A DNA stretch of 64,000 nucleotides from a virus. Lineage: Duplodnaviria; Caudoviricetes. The DNA lies in IMG/VR virus record IMGVR_UViG_3300022917_000008, positions 1 through 64,000 of that record; one strand, 5' to 3'. Below, piece after piece: positions 30,699-40,429 of the stretch (positions are counted from its first letter, which is position 1; every line of letters starts with the position of its first letter). The notes beneath the pieces are model-generated. The model ran no database searches and was not told where the DNA came from. It saw only the letters and a list, made by a program, of their open reading frames with translations. Both the position numbers and the translations under genes were made by a program.

Positions 30699-31501
30699 AT
30701 CACTTTAAATGAATCTCTAACCTTCTGACATAATGCTACAAACCTAGGATCAGTCTGAATATCTGATCTCCAAGCTAAGTCCTGTGCTGCTAGGTCTTCC
30801 ACAAACCTTATTGTAGCACCTGGTACCACACTACCTGTTGGACTTGTGTAAGTCTCTTTCTCATTCCCCAGTATCCATACACTATCACTAACGGCTAGAG
30901 AAGGTTCCAATACATGTGAAGATATGAGTATGGTGTTCATCTCATCTAAGTTAGCTACCTTAATAATGTTCTCACATAACTTAGCTGTGGCTAGTGGGTC
31001 TAGCCCACTAAATGGCTCATCTAGTAGGATGAAATGCTCACTACACAGTAGTTGCTGTATAATAGCTGCTCTTTGCCTTTGTCCACCACTTAGTTGAGAG
31101 GGGTACTTGTCTCTGTGTTCACCCAGGTTGAACTCATTAAGATAGAATTCAATCTTGTCCTTCTCCTTAGTTACTAAGAGAAGATTCTTCATTAGTGAAT
31201 GGTGATTGAACAGAGGATAGTTCTGAGCTACCATGCCTATTAGTCCTGCTTCAGTCTCCCTCTGTTCAACACCTATCCTTATTGTACCTGTGGTTGGTTT
31301 CTGTAAGCCTGCTATGAGCTTGAACAACTGAGATTTACCTATCCCAGATTTGCCCACTATAGTACAGACTTGCCCAGTTGTTTGACCAGGCCTTACTAAG
31401 TCCTTCAGTTGGATATTAATATCCCTGAGGATCATTTTGTCTCCGTACTTAAGTGAGACATTCTCCAGGCTTAGGAGAGGTTTCTCAGTTGAATAAGTCA
31501 T
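30695..31501 (-). CDS. ABC transporter ATP-binding protein (NitT/TauT-like)
   Basis: GKSGIGKS, LSGGQRQR, LLDEPFSGLD, SH switch. Confidence 0.95.
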   Translation of the reverse strand: MTYSTEKPLLSLENVSLKYGDKMILRDINIQLKDLVRPGQTTGQVCTIVGKSGIGKSQLFKLIAGLQKPTTGTIRIGVEQRETEAGLIGMVAQNYPLFNHHSLMKNLLLVTKEKDKIEFYLNEFNLGEHRDKYPSQLSGGQRQRAAIIQQLLCSEHFILLDEPFSGLDPLATAKLCENIIKVANLDEMNTILISSHVLEPSLAVSDSVWILGNEKETYTSPTGSVVPGATIRFVEDLAAQDLAWRSDIQTDPRFVALCQKVRDSFKVI

Positions 31502-31698
31502 AGTAGTTGCTTTTTAGTTTCAATGTAATCATCTACAGCATCCCTGAATGCTTGCTCCAAACCTGACAGATTAGGAGACTCATAGGACACTAAGTCCTTT
31601 ATGCCACTTATTCTACCATGGTAAGCATTGTCTTCAGGGCTATACTCTATGCTACCATGATACCCTTTGTAGTGGTCAAGTCCATCGTCTATGTTCAT
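31498..31698 (-). CDS. HicB-like antitoxin domain protein
   Basis: YKGYHGSIEYSPED...HGRI.GI.DLVSYE...F..AVDDY. Confidence 0.8.
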   Translation of the reverse strand: MNIDDGLDHYKGYHGSIEYSPEDNAYHGRISGIKDLVSYESPNLSGLEQAFRDAVDDYIETKKQLL

Positions 31699-32435
31699 AG
31701 TTTGTGCTTTATTTTAGGTTCAAAATCTTCCTTTTCGCCCTTAAGAATGCTTCTTAGGGCCCTGGTATTTGCACGCTTGTGGTGCATCTTGTGCTTGTCT
31801 ATTTCAGCCTTTTCTCTACCACTGCGCCTGCTATAATACATACCCCACTTATCATGGAGCATATCCCTCAACTCTGCCATTCTCTTCATCATTGCAGAGT
31901 CAATGTCTCTTACATGTGTAACAATAGCAGGTTTAACCTTGACAACCAGATAGTATGCAGGAGAACCTAACTCATACCATGTGTTACGATAGTGGCTTTC
32001 CCTAGGATCGATTACCTTATAGAACAGAGCTTGTAACTGGGGTGTTAGCTTGTCATATTCTTTCTGGTATATTCTCCTCAGTGAAGGGGCCTGTCCAATG
32101 GACTTCCAGGTCTTCCATAATGGACTCCTCTGGCTTGGAGGAGACATGTATCTCAATACATCAGAAAGCTTACTCATCCTTCTAACAAGGGTTACATACT
32201 TTGGATTCCTGAGTCTACCCTTTTGTGCAACAACATCTAGTGCTGCTTGTAGAATGGGGGCATCAGCTCTCCTCTTGATGTCATCCCTTAGTTCTATGTT
32301 AATGGTCCAACCATCTTGATATGGTTTTTCCACTGGTACCCAAGGCAAGTTCCTTTCAGCCTGAAGAAGCTCATTGTACTCTTCAGTGAGTGCTAGGTAT
32401 CTCCTGTAATTCCTTTCGTGCTTGTCAAGCAGCAT
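31695..32435 (-). CDS. Hypothetical basic protein
   Basis: ORF track. Confidence 0.7.
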   Translation of the reverse strand: MLLDKHERNYRRYLALTEEYNELLQAERNLPWVPVEKPYQDGWTINIELRDDIKRRADAPILQAALDVVAQKGRLRNPKYVTLVRRMSKLSDVLRYMSPPSQRSPLWKTWKSIGQAPSLRRIYQKEYDKLTPQLQALFYKVIDPRESHYRNTWYELGSPAYYLVVKVKPAIVTHVRDIDSAMMKRMAELRDMLHDKWGMYYSRRSGREKAEIDKHKMHHKRANTRALRSILKGEKEDFEPKIKHKL

Positions 32436-32438
32436 ATG

Positions 32439-32801
32439 TTACTTTTTGTATATAGGGTTGTATATCTCCCACAGACTATACTTCTTTCTGAACAGCAAGG
32501 TTTTCCTCCTGCTGTAACCTATTGGTTCCCAGTAGGAAGGACTATTTGCTATTTGCATTTCCCTCTCCATCACCCATCCCTTGTATGTTCTGGGTGTGTA
32601 GATGGTCTGAAATGTACTCCTCACAGTCCTTGTTCTACCAGTTGGATATGGCTGTGTGTTCAGCCAATCAATTACTCCCTTTGTAATACCCAGAGCAGTC
32701 TTTGTCCTAGCATCCACTGAGTATGGTCCATCAACTAGGGGAATTGTCTGTCCAAAGGACAATGCTGGAATCAGCAGTGCTAACAGTGCTAACTTTTTCA
32801 T
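32439..32801 (-). CDS. Secreted hypothetical protein
   Basis: Signal peptide MKKLALLALLIPALSFG. Confidence 0.65.
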   Translation of the reverse strand: MKKLALLALLIPALSFGQTIPLVDGPYSVDARTKTALGITKGVIDWLNTQPYPTGRTRTVRSTFQTIYTPRTYKGWVMEREMQIANSPSYWEPIGYSRRKTLLFRKKYSLWEIYNPIYKK

Positions 32802-32823
32802 CTATTGGTTTGTTTTGATTAAA

Positions 32824-33276
32824 CTAATCCCCTCCATCTCCTCCACCATCTGATCCACCTCCATCACTACTACTACCTGCATCTCCACCATCACTACTCT
32901 CTCCATCAGTGTCTGCAGTGTCCACATCTTCTTGTATATCAGCTGGTAGGTCTTCTTCTTCAAGATCAAATTCATCCTCACTTATCAACTTGTATCCTCC
33001 TACTGGAGAAAGACCAGGATTGAATGTGGATTTGGTCCATGATAGTCCAGTAAGATCATCCAACTGAACATCACTGAGGAGTGAGAAGAACTCCTCAATT
33101 GCCTTATTCTTGACACTGAATACATACAGGTAGCCAGCTCTATTATTGATGCTGTCTGTCAGTCTATATTCATGCATCTTAACCACCTTAGGTGGACTAG
33201 TACAACTGGCTAACCTTACGCAGGTTAGGAGTATGAGTGGGACTATGAGTCTCAAGAGACTCAGCTTTCTTGTCAT
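32824..33276 (-). CDS. Putative lipoprotein with an acidic Gly/Ser/Asp tail
   Basis: LASC lipobox-like motif; low-complexity C-terminus. Confidence 0.55.
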   Translation of the reverse strand: MTRKLSLLRLIVPLILLTCVRLASCTSPPKVVKMHEYRLTDSINNRAGYLYVFSVKNKAIEEFFSLLSDVQLDDLTGLSWTKSTFNPGLSPVGGYKLISEDEFDLEEEDLPADIQEDVDTADTDGESSDGGDAGSSSDGGGSDGGGDGGD

Positions 33277-33751
33277 AGTATTCCGATTTGTTGTGCAAAA
33301 GCTCTACCCATGCAAGTACCAGTGTTCCTAGCAGGAATGCTAGGTGGATTATCAAGTACTTCCATAGCTCATCCCAAGGGATGTTCTCCTGCCTTAGTTC
33401 AAGGAAGGTCTTTAACAGATATATAGATGATATGCCAACTAAAGAAGACCCCATCTTGACCTTTAATATTCCACTAGATACATTCTCATTCTTATACCCA
33501 TGGTCCTTGCTAATGAATGAGTTATAAGAGCCTGTGATGATAGATTTGATTAGGTTGGCAACCATAGCTTCATCCACTGCCTCTAGTGACCATACAATGT
33601 CATCAGTTCCAAGATGTCTATGCACACAGGCCTTCACTACTATGTATATCAGTACTACAAACAGCCTAATAATCATGCCTATGAGTACCCATCTACTAGC
33701 AAAGACCAGAGTTTCAATAGCCTTCTTCACCTTCTTCATCATGAGTTTCAA
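33197..33751 (-). CDS. YqhA/UPF0114 family membrane protein
   Basis: VFASRW, LKVKMGSSLVGISSIYLLKTF, IIHLAF. Confidence 0.75.
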   Translation of the reverse strand: MKLMMKKVKKAIETLVFASRWVLIGMIIRLFVVLIYIVVKACVHRHLGTDDIVWSLEAVDEAMVANLIKSIITGSYNSFISKDHGYKNENVSSGILKVKMGSSLVGISSIYLLKTFLELRQENIPWDELWKYLIIHLAFLLGTLVLAWVELLHNKSEYYDKKAESLETHSPTHTPNLRKVSQLY

Positions 33752-33792
33752 GTTAAAAAGGGGGATTGCTCCCCCTTGTGTTTAGGATTTAA

Positions 33793-34410
33793 TCAACGCC
33801 CATTTGGAGTACCCACATTGATGGTACCAACTGAACCTGCCTGTGCTCTCTTTACAGAGGCTTCACGCTCAGATTCAAGTTGCTTCTTCCATTCAGTTGC
33901 CTGAGTAGTAAGAGTAACCACCTGTGCATTGAGGTTGATAATGGAGGCTTTGTTTTCCGCTTCCTTCGTTGCAAACTGTGCCTCAAGCAGTCTTTTTTCA
34001 GCCTCAAACTGAGATTTTGCTATGCCAGTAGCTTTGCCTATTTCAGACTTTACCCTGTCATCAAAACTAGTCTGAAGGTCTGTGAACCCCTTCTGCAGGT
34101 TCTCCAGTTCTTGCTTAGGAACTGACACTAAATTCTGTAAAGCAAGAATCTCTTCAGCTGTCTTCAGAGCACTCTCCTTTACTTTCAAACCAAACTCCAC
34201 ATCATGGGCCCTGAGCTTTTCAGTGTATTCCACATCCAGGGCCTTGATCCTTGCCTCTTTCTGGGCAATCTCATCTGAAAGGTCCTCAGACTTACCACTG
34301 AGTCCAGTAAGTACTTGGGATATTTTGTTCATCTCTTCCACTACAGTGGACAATTTCTTACTTGCTGAACCAACAACTGCCTCAACAGCAGTACTTGTCT
34401 TCTTACTCAT
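33793..34410 (-). CDS. Coiled-coil protein
   Basis: Heptad-rich sequence. Confidence 0.7.
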   Translation of the reverse strand: MSKKTSTAVEAVVGSASKKLSTVVEEMNKISQVLTGLSGKSEDLSDEIAQKEARIKALDVEYTEKLRAHDVEFGLKVKESALKTAEEILALQNLVSVPKQELENLQKGFTDLQTSFDDRVKSEIGKATGIAKSQFEAEKRLLEAQFATKEAENKASIINLNAQVVTLTTQATEWKKQLESEREASVKRAQAGSVGTINVGTPNGR

Positions 34411-35446
34411 AAAGCTTGTTAAACACTCTCTCTCTCAATCTATTCGTAATACCTAGGGAGCTGTAAGCCCTTACCTTCTCCCCAAGTAGCGTTCCTGCAT
34501 AGGTTGATGTAGGATTACGCAACATTGATTTGATAGCATTGAACCACTCATCTGGTGTGTTGCATAGAGTCACGCCTGCAGTGCCCTTGTAAAAAGACAC
34601 TGAATATGGTTCTACATTTGATGCTATTATAGGAATGCATTTACATCCTGCTTCCAATATCTTTAGATCAGACTTGTGGGCATTGAATGTGGAATCTTCC
34701 AAGGGTGCTAAGGAAACATCAGCATAGGTGTAACACTCCATGTATGAGGCTACAGGTCTAATTGGGAACACTTCATAGTTACCTGCAGGCTTTATTATCT
34801 TCAGCATCTTTTCAGATACATTGTCAATCCTACCTGTTCCAAACTGCTGGTTATACCCTGCTAGTATGATTGTACCCTTAGCCCTGAACTCAGCATCACT
34901 ACCTAACTTCTTAAAGACACTTGCTATGGTCTTCAAGTCGTGAAAGTGTGAGCTTCCCCCTGTATACATGAACCTAACTTTAGTGTCTGGAATCCTGCTT
35001 AGGTTGAACTGTCCACTGTTGTATGGCAATCCGTTAGGAATCACATACACATTCTTGTTAAGTGCCTCAACAGCTACCTTTAACCTGTCATTTGTTACAA
35101 TAACAGCATCAGCTATTGATATGCACCTTTGAATCTGTTCATGTGTCTTATTCCTTGCCCATACTGCAGCCATTTCATGATGGGGATAAAGCACCCAATG
35201 GTCATCCACATCAACTACGATCTTGAATCCAAATTCCTCCCTCTTTTTTAATAATGCATCAATAGAGAATGTTGGTACTCTATTGAACCACACTATGTTA
35301 GCCCATCTAAGTCTGTCATCAGTTGGAGTATGCTGTTGTGTCCATGTAAATACACTCAGGTTCATGTTCCCCATGTATGTTGCTGGTAGTAACACCCTAT
35401 GGTAGGAACATCCAATCTCTTCATGGTGGTTTGCTATTATATTCAT
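34403..35446 (-). CDS. Glycosyltransferase (GT-B-like)
   Basis: YHRV..P, VDVDD, ADAVIVT, APLED..FN..KSDLKILEAG, IASNV.PY. Confidence 0.85.
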   Translation of the reverse strand: MNIIANHHEEIGCSYHRVLLPATYMGNMNLSVFTWTQQHTPTDDRLRWANIVWFNRVPTFSIDALLKKREEFGFKIVVDVDDHWVLYPHHEMAAVWARNKTHEQIQRCISIADAVIVTNDRLKVAVEALNKNVYVIPNGLPYNSGQFNLSRIPDTKVRFMYTGGSSHFHDLKTIASVFKKLGSDAEFRAKGTIILAGYNQQFGTGRIDNVSEKMLKIIKPAGNYEVFPIRPVASYMECYTYADVSLAPLEDSTFNAHKSDLKILEAGCKCIPIIASNVEPYSVSFYKGTAGVTLCNTPDEWFNAIKSMLRNPTSTYAGTLLGEKVRAYSSLGITNRLRERVFNKLYE

Positions 35447-35528
35447 GGTAATTAGTCAAAGTCACGCCAATCCCCTTCTGGTTTACTCCAGAAGAGAAGT
35501 AATAGAAATAAGCCAATTAGTAGACAGA

Positions 35529-36314
35529 TCATCTCTTCTTTATTGTTAGCATTGTGTATGGTAATAGCCACTCACGTACCTTACGTAGTAGTATATCCAT
35601 ACATATGCCAGTTAACAAAATCAGTAATTGAATAGCCCACACATAGTCGAACTTGAAGTACTTGTTCTGATCACTAATAATCACACCAATACCTCCATCA
35701 CTCTTGCATAGGTTCTCCACCATTGCTATCATCATCCAAGCCATAGCAAAGTTTTGCCTTATAGCCTCAAGCACTTCCCCTAGTTTACCTAATATGATCA
35801 CTTCCCACACTACCCTCCATTCTGAGAACCTTAGTGTTCTGGCATAGTTTAGCTCGTCTTGTGTAGTCCCACTTATTATATTTAGTATAGAAGTCATGAA
35901 AAACACACTTATGCCAAACACCAATAAGTAGACCTTCTGGGAATCCACGTCTCCCCCTGCTATCTTTAGGAACAAGAATGTTAATCCAACGGTTGGTAAG
36001 AACCTTAGCTTTGTTCCTAGTAATGCTAGTGAGGTGAAGAGTGGTAGAACTGATGCATAGCAAAGTACGAGGCTTACAAGGGCTGCATAAAACATTGCTT
36101 GAGTACATAGTCCAATTGATTTAAGAAACTCTCTAAACACTCCTTTATGAAGTATCAGATCAACTAGGGCCCTAGCTATTTCTAAAGGTCTTGGGAACAG
36201 CGTATTGTTAGTGAAATCCCACAATAGCATCACCACTAATAGCTGGCAGGCCACTAGCAGGATTCCTTCCTTTCTGTTCAGTGATGCATTGGGTGTTATT
36301 AATTTTTTGTACAC
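35529..36314 (-). CDS. ABC transporter permease (NitT/TauT-like)
   Basis: LFPRP, multiple TM segments, EAA-like loop (YARTL), W...VE...GGIG. Confidence 0.85.
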   Translation of the reverse strand: MYKKLITPNASLNRKEGILLVACQLLVVMLLWDFTNNTLFPRPLEIARALVDLILHKGVFREFLKSIGLCTQAMFYAALVSLVLCYASVLPLFTSLALLGTKLRFLPTVGLTFLFLKIAGGDVDSQKVYLLVFGISVFFMTSILNIISGTTQDELNYARTLRFSEWRVVWEVIILGKLGEVLEAIRQNFAMAWMMIAMVENLCKSDGGIGVIISDQNKYFKFDYVWAIQLLILLTGICMDILLRKVREWLLPYTMLTIKKR

Positions 36315-36485
36315 TTTTCCAGGTTTTAATGGTGAAGGAAGCTATAGACCTACCATTGTGACAATACATCCAGCACACTGCATGCCAACTACCTAACAAC
36401 CCCTGCAGAGTGAATACCTTAAGTGCTGAGTGTATACCTGGAATAGTAGATTCCAAGGATTGATGGGTATCAGTTTCCATAGTAG

Positions 36486-36707
36486 TTACTTTACATTGAG
36501 AAGAAACAGCTCAAACATTTCCCTAGCTACTTTTTGGTTATCCATCTGAGTTCTCATCTCACTCATACACACCTGCACACTTAGGTCTGGGTGGTACACC
36601 TTCACTCCTCTTGGATAAGTGTTGACTTGTTGTCCACCATATGGTCTGTAAGGCCATACTTCCCACTTAAGCTCACTAAGGATTTTGTCAATCTCTTCTC
36701 TTGTCAT
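36486..36707 (-). CDS. Small protein resembling the GGQ domain of class I release factors / peptidyl-tRNA hydrolases
   Basis: PYGGQQVN...V.V.H......V...E.R.Q..N...A matches the RF GGQ-domain pattern (GPGGQ.VN...R.Q..N+..A). Confidence 0.6.
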   Translation of the reverse strand: MTREEIDKILSELKWEVWPYRPYGGQQVNTYPRGVKVYHPDLSVQVCMSEMRTQMDNQKVAREMFELFLLNVK

Positions 36708-36774
36708 GTGATAGAAAAAGTGGGCTCCAGCCCCAATCAGTCTTTACTGGAGCCCTATTAAAGAATGAATGACA

Positions 36775-38595
36775 CTACTTTGCTCTCAACAGCTTGATTT
36801 CCACCCTTCTGTTCTTAGCCCTAGTTGTAGGACTATTCTGGTCAGCAGATGGATCAAGTGGTCTGTCACTACCAAACCCTGTAGAAGTGGTCCTGGGAGA
36901 GAATTCCTCATTCTTGCCTATGAGGTACACAGATACAGCTTTAGCTCTTGCATCAGACAAGTCCTTGTTCTTAGCAGGATCACCTGTATTATCAGTATGC
37001 CCACTAACCTCAATGAATAGATCAGATGCTACAGTCAGCTTGTCTGCAATCTTGTCTAGTATTGCATAGGAAGAAGGACTGATAACAGCTGAACCTGTCT
37101 GGAAGTTTATACTATAGGAAGCATCAGCAGCAGTGGTACCCTTAGTTGCTCTACTAAAGTCTACCTTAGATACACTACCAGCTGTTCCTTTGTTCTTGCT
37201 ATATGCAGCCTTGAGGAAGGACCAGTCTGTTACACTATTATAGTCAGGAAAAGAAGGTATTACTTCAGGGTATGCCTCAGTACATATCTTACCAAAGGTA
37301 TTATATACCGCCTTGTAATTATCCTTAGTACCATCAGCACCAGTATAATTGGCGGCATCAGCAAGATTAAATACCCTACTACCACCAATGTTGACAACAT
37401 TACCATCATCATCAGTGAAGTCATAGCTCAGGTATCCTTTGTACCAATCTTCCTCATGCATTACCTGATCCTGATATACAGCATCAGCTACCTTAGCTGC
37501 AAACCTTAGTGCATCATCATGGCTCTTTACCTGGTCACCACCTTTGCCTACCATAGTACAGAACTTCTCCATAATCTCCCTATTATCCTGTGCCCACTTC
37601 TTTATGAAGATGATGGCGTTAGGCATCTGGGCTGCAAAGTCCTTAGTGGAGGCAATTGAGACCAGACCACCCTTCTTTTGAACAGCATAAAGGTCTCCTG
37701 GGAACCATGTGACAACTCCTGTAATGCCCACTGTGGTATCTTTTCCAGTTCTATGGCCATTCTCCACAAGTGCCAGCTTGACTTGCTGTCCTGCCACATA
37801 TGCTTTTGCAGCCTCCATGTAGTCATCATTAGGAGCTGGTATGAAATTGACCTTAGTCCTGTCATATGTGGTGTTATCATTGTTGACATCCCATCCATTG
37901 AGTTGGCTTTTTATTACAGCAACATTCCAGTCACCATCCCTGATAACCCCTACATTGACTGATCCTCTTGCGTCTTTTTCATATTTCTTCTTGATGAGCC
38001 ACTTGTCTTCACCATAAGATGCACCTCCAAAAGTAACAACAGTAGGCACATACTCAGGACCAAAATCCTTTTTAAGTCTGGCCTCAAGCCCTGCAAAATA
38101 AGACGGGACACCATCTCCCATCCAAGCAATGAAATGAGTACCAGTAGCAGGATTACTCTCACCTTTACTAAGTGCTTGAGCAAATGCATATAAGTCCTCC
38201 CCTTGTTTGCTAGTGTTATTCTGAACACTAAGTTTAATATTTAATCCCAGCTCCTCTGCTATGCTACCTTTGGCAGTACTTGTACCACCTACAGCATACA
38301 TGAGGCCCATCTGGGCATTCCATCCCATTAGTTCTCCTCTTACCTCAGGGCCATTGATGGCTACTGCATTGCCAAAATCAGGTATAGGCCTTGTAGGAGC
38401 ATTGGCATTCTTGTCATATGCCAGTGGAGGTAGGGTGGAGGAGGCCTTAGTCACAATCTTGTCCTGTTTGGCAGCTGGGGGGAAAGCCTTTGTATACCCC
38501 CATTTACCTAGGAAGAACAGTCCTACCAGTACTATCAACAGTAGTACTTTGCCTCCTGGCTGTAGGTTATTGAAAAATCTTGATGCTTTGCTCAT
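36775..38595 (-). CDS. Periplasmic substrate-binding protein (NMT1/SsuA-like) fused to a C-terminal OmpA domain
   Basis: N-terminal TM segment; C-terminal INFQTGS...GHTDNTG...LS..RA..V...NRRVEI; start moved to MSKASRF at 38595. Confidence 0.85.
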   Translation of the reverse strand: MSKASRFFNNLQPGGKVLLLIVLVGLFFLGKWGYTKAFPPAAKQDKIVTKASSTLPPLAYDKNANAPTRPIPDFGNAVAINGPEVRGELMGWNAQMGLMYAVGGTSTAKGSIAEELGLNIKLSVQNNTSKQGEDLYAFAQALSKGESNPATGTHFIAWMGDGVPSYFAGLEARLKKDFGPEYVPTVVTFGGASYGEDKWLIKKKYEKDARGSVNVGVIRDGDWNVAVIKSQLNGWDVNNDNTTYDRTKVNFIPAPNDDYMEAAKAYVAGQQVKLALVENGHRTGKDTTVGITGVVTWFPGDLYAVQKKGGLVSIASTKDFAAQMPNAIIFIKKWAQDNREIMEKFCTMVGKGGDQVKSHDDALRFAAKVADAVYQDQVMHEEDWYKGYLSYDFTDDDGNVVNIGGSRVFNLADAANYTGADGTKDNYKAVYNTFGKICTEAYPEVIPSFPDYNSVTDWSFLKAAYSKNKGTAGSVSKVDFSRATKGTTAADASYSINFQTGSAVISPSSYAILDKIADKLTVASDLFIEVSGHTDNTGDPAKNKDLSDARAKAVSVYLIGKNEEFSPRTTSTGFGSDRPLDPSADQNSPTTRAKNRRVEIKLLRAK

Positions 38596-38736
38596 TTTTG
38601 TTTGGTTTGTTGTTTGGTTATGACTTCTTTTTGAATAGATTGGATAGCTTTTTGTGTGCAAACCAGCCTAGTAGAAAACATGCTACTCCATATATGATGG
38701 ATTCAAGGCTGGAAAACACAAATAGACCTAGTACCA

Positions 38737-39714
38737 TTAGTCTAAGAGTTTAAAGTTTGATTGAACTACTTCTGCTTCAGGTATCTTGTTGAAGTTGAAC
38801 TGAGGCACAGGCTTTGAATAGTCATCAGGAAGCATCAGTTTGCCATCCCTCATGTAACTATCCAACATGTTGAGTCCTTCATCATGTTGCATTTGGTTCT
38901 CCACCTTAATTCCTGCCATAATGTCCTTACTTCTCTTTTCAAAGTCTTCAATGTAGGCAATCTTGTGTGTGACACTTTCCTCCAATGCCTTCAGTGATTC
39001 CTGGTATATCCTGCCTTCTTCAGTATCACCACTAAGGAATGCTTCAGCTTGATTAAGTGCCCTAGCCTGATCCCTTAGCATGACATACTCTTCTCTTTTC
39101 CTTGCTACTTCTTCCTTGAGTTTAATGATAGACATACCCCAGTTATCAGCTAATAGGTCCAGGAATTCAAGGCTCTTAGTCATCCTCTCATAGTTGGGAG
39201 TGTACAACCTAATGCTTTGTTGTGCACCTGCAGCTCTACTACCACACAAAGAGGCTGTACTAAGGTCCTTCAATTGCTTAGCTGCAGCACCTTTTTTGAG
39301 ATTTTCCTCCACTTGTGCATTCAGCTCCTTTAGCTTCCTCTCAGTCTCTACCTTCCTACCTTTAAGCTGTACTTTAATCTTATTCAGGTTTGCTAGTTTC
39401 TCCTGTAGTATCTCCACATACCTATCCATGTATGAGAGAGGGTCTAACTTAATGAAGAAGCTGATGAACTTATGTATAATGTTCTTGTAAGTCATTACAA
39501 AGAACTTAGGATTGAAGAATGCAGTAAGGACTATCAATGCTATGGGTGCTCCATATACAATAGTCCATAGTGTACTCTTCAATGTCTGCTCTACAAAGGG
39601 TACTATTAACCCCCAAAAGAAGAAGATTGCAGCTCCTATACCTAATGGAATTGCATATCTTATTGCCTTCTCTATAACTGGGGGCCTCCCTCCACTACTG
39701 GGTAGTTGTTCCAT
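38737..39714 (-). CDS. Membrane protein with two TM segments and a PspA-like coiled coil
   Basis: Two N-terminal TM segments followed by a long helical region; adjacent to the SBP-OmpA gene. Confidence 0.6.
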   Translation of the reverse strand: MEQLPSSGGRPPVIEKAIRYAIPLGIGAAIFFFWGLIVPFVEQTLKSTLWTIVYGAPIALIVLTAFFNPKFFVMTYKNIIHKFISFFIKLDPLSYMDRYVEILQEKLANLNKIKVQLKGRKVETERKLKELNAQVEENLKKGAAAKQLKDLSTASLCGSRAAGAQQSIRLYTPNYERMTKSLEFLDLLADNWGMSIIKLKEEVARKREEYVMLRDQARALNQAEAFLSGDTEEGRIYQESLKALEESVTHKIAYIEDFEKRSKDIMAGIKVENQMQHDEGLNMLDSYMRDGKLMLPDDYSKPVPQFNFNKIPEAEVVQSNFKLLD

Positions 39715-40360
39715 TTATCAGGTATTTTTGAATGTTCTCTCTATCCTGCATGATCTTCTCAATGAAGTTCTTGTAGGACACTTCAAATGTTGTTTTCTTG
39801 ATTTCCAGCTTGCCCTTATTAGCAATGACATCACCATTTAGTTTGGCCATTTGCTGGGCATTGGCACTCAGTTTGTTGGTAAGCTCTTCATTTTCAAGCC
39901 TCAACCTCTCTATAGCACTCTCCATGTTCTTTATGGATTGTGCTGCAGTACTAACTGAGGCATCAAACTCACTACTTTTCTTCTGCCCTAGTATGGCAAT
40001 ATACTTACCTGCAGCATCAACTAGGGACTCTGCTGTAACTCCTTGTGCTTGGAACCCAGCAAATACACTCATATACTTCTGTTGTTCAGTGAGTGGAACA
40101 GCAGCAAGTGCTTGGAGTGCTTTGGCAAACTCATAATAATCTGGTCCTGGTAGATTAGCATCATCCATTAACTTCATTAGATACTTGTTGAACTCACTAG
40201 TGGAGTTCTGATCTAACTGGGGAACTGTATGCACTCCAGCTGACGTGGCTCCCATCATACTAACCCCACTACCACTAGGTCCTGTTGTAGGCTTAACAGT
40301 GGTTATCTTTTTGTCTGGTGGTGGTGTATCACTCTTTATGAAAAAGTCCTTGAATGACAT
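39695..40360 (-). CDS. Coiled-coil hypothetical protein
   Basis: NLPGPDYYEF motif; operonic with the previous gene. Confidence 0.65.
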   Translation of the reverse strand: MSFKDFFIKSDTPPPDKKITTVKPTTGPSGSGVSMMGATSAGVHTVPQLDQNSTSEFNKYLMKLMDDANLPGPDYYEFAKALQALAAVPLTEQQKYMSVFAGFQAQGVTAESLVDAAGKYIAILGQKKSSEFDASVSTAAQSIKNMESAIERLRLENEELTNKLSANAQQMAKLNGDVIANKGKLEIKKTTFEVSYKNFIEKIMQDRENIQKYLINGTTTQ

Positions 40361-40429
40361 AACGATTGATTTAAAAATGAGGAGGAAGGCTGGGACCCTC
40401 CTCCTCTATATTACAAAGCAGAGACAGGA

